Below are positions 1 to 6,925 of a DNA stretch of 12,803 nucleotides, one piece after another (position 1 is the stretch's first letter; the number at the start of each line of letters is the position of its first letter). Source of the DNA: Octopus sinensis (Eukaryota); contig NW_021826490.1 of assembly GCF_006345805.1 (NCBI RefSeq), positions 1 to 12,803 of the forward strand. The letters are read 5' to 3'. The notes under the pieces are model-generated. The model was not told the DNA's origin, made no database searches, and worked only from the letters and a program-made list of their open reading frames with translations. The translations under genes were made by a program, and so were the position numbers.

Positions 1-2
1 TG

Positions 3-120
3 TGTACTTGGCTTTAAACAAATGTAAAGTTCTGAGATCGATTTGCTCGACTGAAACCCTACAAGACAGTGCCCCACTATGGCTGCAGTTTAGTGATTAA
101 AACATGTAAAGGGTGAAAGA
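3..120 (+). mobile_element. Degenerate 3' fragment of tRNA-SINE family A (same family as 2373-3580)
   Basis: gtacttggcttt...gatcgatttgctcgact...gtgccccactatggctgcagtttagtgattaaaacatgtaaa aligns by eye to the family A 3' module (gtactgggctta...gtcgatttgctcgact...gtgctccagcatggcc.cagtcaaatgactgaaacaagtaaa); cut by the window edge. Confidence 0.75.
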
Positions 121-294
121 TAAACTCATACACATGTATACATGTACACACATATGCATGTATATACATATACTGTATGTTTGTATATCTGTATATGTGT
201 GTGGTTTGTGCGTATAGTATATTATCGCCACACCCAATTCTGTTTCTTGTATTATTCCTTTTCGGTGTTCTTATTGCCCATAAAGAAACGATTA

Positions 295-481
295 AGGCTG
301 AAAGGCATGAGGACAGACACACTCCTCTTTTGGTAGAACTCTCATTGACTTCAAGTTTCACTTGAAAAGGGAATCGAGAGTGGAGAGGGAAGCGCTGTCC
401 TCGAGTGAGTTTATTGAAAGGTGGGTGAAAGATGCGAAAATTGCGAGAGTGGATGGTACCTCTCTAAGTGTAGACCTGTGA
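295..481 (+). pseudogene. Frameshifted C-terminal fragment of non-LTR retrotransposon ORF2
   Basis: Codons 295-330 are in one frame and 332-481 are open in a second frame. There is no ATG in the second frame, so the ORF track misses it. It ends at TGA 479-481. Confidence 0.55.
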
Positions 482-522
482 GTCGGAGAGAAGGAATTGG
501 AGAGGGCACTTGCTCTTGGTAT

Positions 523-747
523 AAGTTGGCAGAAACGTTAGCACGCCAGGCGAAATGCTTAACGGTATTTTGTCTGCCGTTACGTTGTGAGTTCAAATTC
601 CGCCGAGGTCGACTTTGCCTTTCATCCTTTCGGGGTCGATAAATTAAGTACCAGTTACGCACTGGGGTCGATATAATCGACTTAATACCTATGTCTCTCC
701 ATGTTTGTCCCCTCTATGTTCAGCCCCTTGTAGGTAATAAAGAAATA
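523..747 (+). mobile_element. tRNA-derived SINE family B copy, slightly 5'-truncated
   Basis: Head ttggcagaaacgttagc...gagttcaaattcc (B-box-like), central gtcgactttgcctttcatcctttcggggtcgataaattaagtaccag, tail tgtcccctctatgtt...aataaagaaata. Flanked by GGTAT at 518-522 and 748-752 (probable 5-bp TSD). A related copy lies inverted at 4822-5022. Confidence 0.85.
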
Positions 748-1011
748 GGTATTTCAGGGAAACCTCGGACAGTAGGGTTCCTTGATTATCCCTCGAGGCC
801 TTACTGTATCAGGAGGGCCACATCGCTACCATCTTCCCTGCTACTTCTTTTTATAAAGCTTTGTATGCTAAGCATATGTTCCTTCTTTTTCAGTGTATTC
901 TTAATTTCTTTCTTTCCCTTTTTTAATCATTTCATTATATGTAAACCTCCACACTTTATGTCTGTCTTTGTATTGTCCCCTCATCCTTCACCCTTGTGGC
1001 AAATAAATTAA

Positions 1012-1042
1012 ATCATTATTATTATTATTATCATTATTATTA
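1012..1042 (+). repeat. (ATT)n microsatellite, probable LINE 3' tail
   Basis: attattattattattatcattattatt immediately follows AATAAA. Confidence 0.85.
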
Positions 1043-1044
1043 AG

Positions 1045-1150
1045 CAGTTGAATAGCTAGCTTCATGTGGTTTGGGAACCAGCTGGTTGCGCGGCGGCGGC
1101 GTGGCAGGTCAGCTGCGGCGGCGGCAACTGTTGGCTGCATGTCAGCACGA
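1045..1150. promoter_or_regulatory. GC/CpG-rich patch with five E-boxes (CANNTG)
   Basis: CAGTTG 1045, CATGTG 1063, CAGCTG 1079, CAGCTG 1110, CAACTG 1125, plus (GGC)n runs, in an otherwise very AT-rich context. Function is inferred only. Confidence 0.3.
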
Positions 1151-1232
1151 TTGTTTCTTTTGTTGTTGTTGTTGTTGTCAAGTTTTGTTAAGAACCAAGT
1201 GTTGTGTATTTGTACGTGTGTGCATGCCCTCT

Positions 1233-1234
<2 letters not shown>

Positions 1235-1274
<40 letters not shown>

Positions 1275-1290
1275 ATAATATATATGTATA
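1235..1290. repeat. (TA)n microsatellite
   Basis: Direct inspection. Confidence 0.95.
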
Positions 1291-1529
1291 TCAAAATTGA
1301 TACTGATTAGAAGATCGAAAACACACTGAAGATTGTCGGAGCAGACATGAAACATTTGTAGTGGCGGTTTATTTAATTTATATTAAAATTTTATGTATTG
1401 ATTAAGTCTTTCCTTGTTTGTTTTTAAATAGTGGTTTTGTCTCGAATTATATTATATAATATTTTACTATAAATGGATTTAACCCTAAATCTGATTTTTC
1501 CCTGTAATTTTGGATTCATTCCCTAATAT

Positions 1530-1598
1530 TTATTATTATTATTATTATTATTAATATATATATATATTATATATTATAATTATATATATATATATATT
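1530..1598. repeat. (ATT)n/(TA)n compound microsatellite
   Basis: Direct inspection. Confidence 0.9.
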
Positions 1599-1713
1599 AT
1601 GTGTGTTGTGTGTGTTGGTTTGCATCGTTTTTATATTTGTTTTGTTAAAACAAATGTTTTGAATCCTTATATCTTTGTTGGTCTTGTCGTAAATAATAAT
1701 TATTGCACACCAT

Positions 1714-1723
1714 CATATTATAT

Positions 1724-1767
<44 letters not shown>

Positions 1768-1783
1768 CATACATACATACATA
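1714..1783. repeat. (TA)n/(TACA)n microsatellite
   Basis: Direct inspection. Confidence 0.9.
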
Positions 1784-1811
1784 CAAGCCCATTACCCGTC
1801 GTATGACGGGT
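1784..1811 (-). mobile_element. Helitron-like 3' terminus (hairpin plus degenerate CTAG)
   Basis: Perfect 7-bp stem ACCCGTC-gtat-GACGGGT at 1794-1811. On the - strand it is followed 6 nt later by CTTG|T, one mismatch from CTAG|T. The same geometry recurs at 6148-6176. The 5' end was not identified. Confidence 0.4.
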
Positions 1812-2302
1812 TTACTTGAAAGTATACTTTCGCCTTCATGGGTGTGATTAGGAAATATGACATACATGCATTATTATAATCTTTTATAAAATTCCTTGGT
1901 GTTTTATACAAAATAATGAAATGAAAACTAATTTTTAAACGAAAATAAAACTGAATATATGCAAATTTCTCATTTGTATATTTCCAACAACTATAAGTTA
2001 ATATTTTTCAAAATTTTTATTAGTTTATTATAAACTTTTCTCTGCAATTTTTTCGTTAAGAAATTTGTATTTTTTTCTGAAGGTTAAATGACACTCGTCC
2101 TTAGTACCTCCTATGTTAACTCACAATAATATCTCTGTCTCTCTCTCTATCTCTATCTCTCTATACTAAATAATGACTGGAGATATCAACCAGCCAAGTA
2201 ACCAACAACATTTATATCGGTTACTATTTAATTTTACACACACACACACACACACACACAAAACGATTTAAAAGTCCAGCTAACATTGACCTAACTCTCT
2301 AT

Positions 2303-2373
2303 CTGTTACAAAAAACGATTGGGCTAGTTGATTCAATCAATTGCACAACCTGCTCGTGAAATTAATGTGCAAG
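2303..2373 (-). mobile_element. 3' part of an older tRNA-SINE family C, split by the insertion at 2373-3580
   Basis: ...acctgctcgtgaaattaatgtgcAAG rejoins AAGtggctgagcac... at 3580 when the inner SINE is removed. The continuity of the two parts relies on recall of this repeat family, as there is no second in-window copy. Confidence 0.65.
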
Positions 2374-2534
2374 GTGCAGGAGTGGCTGTGTGGTAAGAAG
2401 CTTGCTAACCAACCACATGGTTCCGGGTTCAGTCCCACTGCGTGGCATCTTGGGCAAGTGTCTTCTACTATAGCCCCGGGCCGACCAATGCCTTGTGAGT
2501 GGATTTGGTAGACGGAAACTGAAAGAAGCCTGTC

Positions 2535-2591
<57 letters not shown>

Positions 2592-3580
2592 CGTGTGTTT
2601 GTGTGTCTGTGTTTGTCCCCCTAGCATTGCTTGACCAACCGATGCTGGTGTGTTTATTGTCCCCGTCACTTAGCGGTTCGGCAAAAGAGACCGATAGAAT
2701 AAGTACTGGGCTTACAAAAGAATAAGTCCCAGGGTCGATTTGCTCGACTAAAGGCGGTGCTCCAGCATGGCCTCAGTCAAATGACTGAAACAAGTAAAAA
2801 AGACCGATAGAATAAGTACTGGGCTTACAAAAGAATAAGTCCCGGGGTCAATTTCCTCGACTAAAGGCGGTGCTCCAGCATGGCCTCAGTCAAATGACTG
2901 AAACAAGTAAAAGAGACCGATAGAATAAGTACTGGGCTTACAAAAGAATAAGTCCCGGGGTCGATTTGCTCGACTAAAGGCGGTGCTCCAGCATGGCCTC
3001 AGTCAAATGACTGAAACAAGTAAAAGAGACCGATAGAATAAGTACTGGGCTTACAAAGAATAAGTCCCGGGGTCGAGTTGCTCGGACTAAAGGCGGTGCT
3101 CCAGCATGGCCTCAGTCAAATGACTGAAACCAGTAAAAGAGACCGATAGATAAGTACTGGGCTTACAAGAATAATTCCCGGGGTCGAGTTGCTCGACTAA
3201 AGGCGGTGCTCCAGCATGGCCTCAGTCAAATGACTGAAACAAGTAAAAGAGACCGATAGAATAAGTACTGGGCTTACAAAGAATAAGTCCCGGGGTCGAG
3301 TTGCTCGACTAAAGGCGGTGCTCCAGCATGGCCTCAGTCAAATGACTGAAACAAGTAAAAGAGACCGATAGAATAAGTACTGGGCTTACAAAGAATAAGT
3401 CCCGGGGTCGAGTTGCTCGACTAAAGGCGGTGCTCCAGCATGGCCTCAGTCAAATGACTGAAACAAGTAAAAGAGACCGATAGAATAAGTACTGGGCTTA
3501 CAAAAGAATAAGTCCCGGGGTCGAGTTGCTCGACTAAAGGCGGTGCTCCAGCATGGCCACAGTCAAATGACTAAAGAGTA
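2373..3580 (+). mobile_element. Young full-length tRNA-derived SINE family A with a tandemly amplified 3' module
   Basis: A-box-like TGGCTGTGTGG 2383-2393, B-box-like GGTTCAGTCCC 2426-2436, body ttgggcaagtgtcttctactatagc...gacggaaactgaaagaagc, internal (TA)n/(TG)n 2536-2610, CpGs largely intact. Paralogues at 3850-4362, 5662-6060, 6590-6925/8343-8378 and 10105-10555. It resembles octopus tRNA-SINEs (OR/OK-type) from memory; the family name is unverified. Confidence 0.92.
2683..3580 (+). repeat. Tandem array of 8 units of ~113 bp (SINE 3' module)
   Basis: GACCGATAG starts at 2689, 2802, 2915, 3028, 3141, 3251, 3363 and 3475 (periods 113, 113, 113, 113, 110, 112, 112). The last unit is truncated at ~3580. 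Confidence 0.97.
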
Positions 3581-3831
3581 AGTGGCTGAGCACTTCAACA
3601 AGCATGCTTATCCTCCAATGTAGTTCTCAGAGAGATTCAGTGTGATATGAAATGTGACAAGGCTTGGGCCTTTTGCATTACAGGTAGAACTCATTTTTCT
3701 TGTACACAAGTGGACTGCAGTAAGTTGAAATAAAGTGTCTTTGCTCTAGGACACAACACACTGCTGAAAATTGAACTTGGCAATTTTACGATTGTGATTC
3801 GAACACCCTAACCACTGAGTCATGCACCTTC
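3580..3831 (-). mobile_element. 5' and central part of older tRNA-SINE family C
   Basis: The reverse complement starts gaaggtgcatgactcagtggttagggtg (A-box-like) ... aagttcaatt (B-box-like) ... gtgtcctagagcaaagacactttatttca. Confidence 0.75.
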
Positions 3832-3849
3832 CCCCATCTAACTCTCTCT

Positions 3850-4362
3850 CTCTTTTAATTGTTTCAGTCATTTGACTGCGGCCATGCTGGAGCACCGCAT
3901 CTTATAGTTGAGCAAATTGACCCCGAGAGCTTATTCTTTGTAAGCCTAGTACTCATTCTATCGGTCCCTTTTGCTGAACCGCTAAGTTATGGGGACGTAA
4001 ACACACCAGCATTGGTTGTCAAGCAATGTTTGGGGGCTACAAACACAAGCACACAAACACACACACATATATATACATATATACGACGGGCTTCTTTAAG
4101 TTTCCGTCTACCAAATCCACTAACAAGGCTTTGGTTGGCTCAAGGCTATAGTAGAAGACACTTGCCTAAAGTGCCACGCAGTGGGACTGAACCCGAGACC
4201 ATGTGGTTTGTAAGCAAGCTACTTACCACACAGCCACAAGGCTTTGGTCGGCTCAAGGCTATAGTAGAAGACACTTGCCCAAAGTGCCACACAGTGGGAC
4301 TGAACCCGAGACCATGTGGTTTGTAAGCAAGCTACTTACCACACAGCCACTCCTGTGTCTAT
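3850..4362 (-). mobile_element. Full-length SINE family A copy with a duplicated 113-bp head
   Basis: Reverse complement of the family A sequence from tail to head. 4125-4237 and 4238-4350 are direct repeats with 3 mismatches. Confidence 0.92.
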
Positions 4363-4604
4363 AACATTAATATAAACCATATCATCTAACACCTGAGCTC
4401 AGTTGAGCTTCTCTGTGTACATCTCATCTCCCCATTTCTCTACCACTTTCATGCCTCCTTATTAGATTACCCAAGTGATTGACATGATACTTGATCAGCT
4501 TCCCTGCTGTTTTTACTGCCAACCCCGTGGACCATTCCAGACAATGGGACAGGATTACCGTTAAATTGTGTCAGTTTATCAGTATAATGAATATTGTCTC
4601 TTTT

Positions 4605-4795
4605 CATCATCCTTATCATCATCATCGTCTAAAGTTCGCTTTCCATGCTGGCATGGGTTGGACGATTTTGACTGAGGGCTGGCGAACCAGATGGCTGCAC
4701 CAGGCTCCCATCTGATCTGGCAGAGTTTCTACAGCCTGATGCCCTTCCTAATGCCAACCACTCCGACAGTGTAGTGGGTGCTTTTACGTACCACC
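4605..4795 (-). mobile_element. 3' end of retroposon family D with a (GAT)n tail (RTE-like tail; class uncertain)
   Basis: The reverse complement ggtggtacgtaaaagcacccactacact...ttggcattaggaagggcatc...gtagaaactctgccagatcaga matches 9688-9773. It ends in a microsatellite tail read as (CAT)n on the + strand at 4605-4626. Confidence 0.75.
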
Positions 4796-4821
4796 CTATT
4801 AACATTTTTGTAAATTATGTA

Positions 4822-5022
4822 AATAATAATAATAATAATCCTTTCAACTATAGGCACAGGGTCTGAAATTGTTAAGGAGGAGACTAGTTGATTACATTGA
4901 CCCCAAAAGGATGAAAGGCAAAGTCAACCTCGGCAGAACTTGAACTCAGAACATGGCGATGAGCGAAATACCACTAAGCATTTCGTCCAGCATGCTAACG
5001 ATTCTGCCAGCTCACCACCTTG
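4822..5022 (-). mobile_element. SINE family B-related copy with an internal deletion and a different 3' tail
   Basis: The reverse complement aaggtggtgagctggcagaatcgttagc...gagttcaagttctgccgaggttgactttgcctttcatccttttggggtc matches 523-640. The tail differs (ttcagaccctgtgcctatagttgaaagg(att)n). Confidence 0.85.
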
Positions 5023-5025
5023 CAA

Positions 5026-5090
5026 AAATAATAATAATAATAATAATAATAATGTTTCAAATTTTGGCACTAGGCCAGTAATTTTAGGGA
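5026..5090 (-). mobile_element. Short 3' tail fragment of a SINE B-like element with an (ATT)n tail
   Basis: (aat)n followed by gtttcaaattttggcactaggcc...aatttt. This loosely parallels the tail at 4822-4872 ((aat)n cctttcaactataggcacaggg..aaatt). Confidence 0.45.
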
Positions 5091-5515
5091 TCCGGAGTTT
5101 GTCCATAACATTGATTTTCAAGTAGTTAACTGAAACTTTAGGAATGAAAATGTAAGGAATCGGAAGAAATGCCACTCAATATTTTGTCCCTAACACTAAC
5201 AGTAAAACTGCATTTACGATAATCAACTTTTGTAATTTGCACACATGAGATTGAAGACACAGCAGCATCATGTGATTTTGCTTACGAATAAGATGAACCA
5301 TATTCAACGTATCTATTGAATATATAAATGCAATGCAGTTTCTAATGGTCTTTTGGCAACCAATCAAATCTTAATAACTAATCGCATTTCGATGCATGCA
5401 TTAACAAAATATTTTTGCTTTTATATTGTCATGCTACTTCCTTTCATATTCAATTGTTTGAATAATGAGCAAATATGAAGCTCAGAGTAACGATTCAAGG
5501 TATTTCAGCATTTGA

Positions 5516-5536
5516 ATGTGTGTGTGTGTGTGTGTG
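5516..5536. repeat. (TG)n microsatellite
   Basis: Direct inspection. Confidence 0.95.
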
Positions 5537-5661
5537 TTAACAGCCGCACAAGTGCTGAATGATACATCACAAGTATTTCAGGTAATAGAAGTATAAACTT
5601 GATAATACAGTTGTGTGTGTTTTTTGTGTACATATTATCTTCATCATTATCATCATTATTA

Positions 5662-6060
5662 TAGGTGCAGGAGTAGCTGTGTGGTATGTAGCTTGCTTAC
5701 CAACCACATGGTTCCAGGTTCATTCCCACTGCGTGGCACCTTGGGCAAATGTCTTCTACTATAGCCTTGGGTTGACCAAAGCCTTGTGAGTGAATTTGGT
5801 AGACGGAAACTGAAAGAAGTCCATCGTATATATGTATATATGTGTGTGTATGTATATGTTTGTGTGTCTGTGTTTGTCCCCCCAACATTGCTTGACAACT
5901 GATGGTGGTGTGTTTACATCCCCGTCACTTAGCAGTTTGGCAAATGAGACCGATAGAATAAATACTAGGCTTACAGTCCTGGGGTCGATTTGTTCGACTA
6001 AAGGCAGTGCTCCAGCATGGCCAAAGTCAAATGACTGAAACAAGTAAAAGAGTAAAAGAA
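5662..6060 (+). mobile_element. Full-length SINE family A copy with a single 3' module
   Basis: ggtgcaggagtagctgtgtggt head through ...caagtaaaagagtaaaagaa tail. It shows the native tail is a (GTAAAAGA)-type repeat. Confidence 0.92.
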
Positions 6061-6147
6061 TCATTAGCCTCTAGTCGATGGTAATTTTCTACATGATTAG
6101 AATATAACCAAAGTCCTCCACTGGTTCCCATCTTCAGCACTTGTGTT

Positions 6148-6176
6148 CTAGTGTGGTACCCGTCAAAAGGGACGGG
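6148..6176 (-). mobile_element. Second Helitron-like 3' terminus
   Basis: CTAG 6148-6151, a 6-nt spacer, then ACCCGTC-aaaagg-GACGGG. The spacing is identical to 1784-1811. Confidence 0.4.
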
Positions 6177-6589
6177 GCTTACTGCTATCTGTTTTAGTGT
6201 ATGTTTGTATTTATGCTTCAGACATTGTTTCATTCTTCTTTACGTGTTTTAGTATTTTTTTTTTTTTTACTTCTTTCAGTTATCCTTTTTTTCTTTTCGC
6301 TCCCACTTCTTCATTATTCTGAGTGGCTCACAATTCATCGACTCTTCTTTGTATATCAATTTCGTTCTCTGTATATTATGCAGCTGCAAAGTTGCTCAAG
6401 CGATTAGAGAGCTGAGAGTTTCCTGCATTGCACTCAAATTCTGATGTATGAAACCCTTGGCCCTTGTATCAATTTGTAGCTGTATAAAAACATAAATACA
6501 TATACACATATATACATATACACATATATTGAATCACCTCTCTATTGTTTGTCTAAAACACACACACACTCTGAGATGTTTGTTTTACT

Positions 6590-6925
6590 TAAATATTTTA
6601 GTCATTAGACTGTGGCCATACTGGAGCTCCGCTTTGAGGAATTTTAGTTAAAGTAATCATCCCAGTACATATTATTTTTGAAGCCTGATATTTATTCTAC
6701 CGGTCTCTTTTGCTGAACCTCTATGTTACGATAACATAAACACACCAAAACCAGGTGTTGAGATGTGATGTGAGACACACCCACACAAACACAAATATGA
6801 TGGTCTTCTTTCAGTTTCCACTCACAAAGCTTTGGTTGCCTTGAGACTATAGGAAAAGACACCTGCCCAAGTTGTCACACAGTGGGACTGAACCTAGAAC
6901 CATGTAATTATGAAGAAAGCTTCTT
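6590..6925 (-). mobile_element. Old degenerate SINE family A copy (3' and middle part), split by the insertion at 6926-8342
   Basis: gtcattagactgtggccatactggagc...ggactgaacctagaaccatg...gaagaaagcttctt; the head continues at 8343-8378. Confidence 0.85.

Larger units (their letters stand above)
293..1010 (+). mobile_element. 5'-truncated L1/Tx1-like LINE remnant: ORF2 C-terminus plus 3' UTR, interrupted by a SINE at 523-747
   Basis: Manual translation with one frameshift at ~331 gives RLKGMRTDTLL/GRTLIDFKFHLKRESRVEREALSSSEFIERWVKDAKIARVDGTSLSVDL* (TGA 479-481). This resembles the extreme C-terminus of Tx1/L1-clade ORF2 (recalled pattern, not searched). It is followed by a T-rich UTR ending ttgtcccctc...cccttgtggcAAATAAA and an (ATT)n tail at 1012-1042. 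Confidence 0.6.

Noticed and set aside
1073-1145. microRNA hairpin (contains AGCTGGTTG, like the 3' end of miR-34)
   Set aside because: The miR-34 seed and 5' part are absent, and I could not see a long continuous stem.
1064-1310. Poly-Ala/poly-Leu/poly-Cys ORFs, possible signal-peptide protein
   Set aside because: They derive from (GGC)n, (TTG)n and (TA)n repeats, and no convincing splice donor rescues a frame.
2373-2445. tRNA gene (also 3760-3831, 4280-4360 and 5662-5735)
   Set aside because: A-box-like and B-box-like motifs are present, but I could not build a cloverleaf with an acceptor stem, and each runs into a SINE body.
2683-3580. CRISPR array (regular palindromic repeats)
   Set aside because: Units are contiguous near-identical copies with no unique spacers. 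The sequence is the 3' end of a SINE present elsewhere in the window, the context is eukaryotic, and there are no cas genes.
3859-4326. 155-aa ORF as a real gene (also 2337-2669, 2495-2725 and 5659-6064)
   Set aside because: These lie wholly within SINE family A copies, and the same peptide-like strings recur in every copy.
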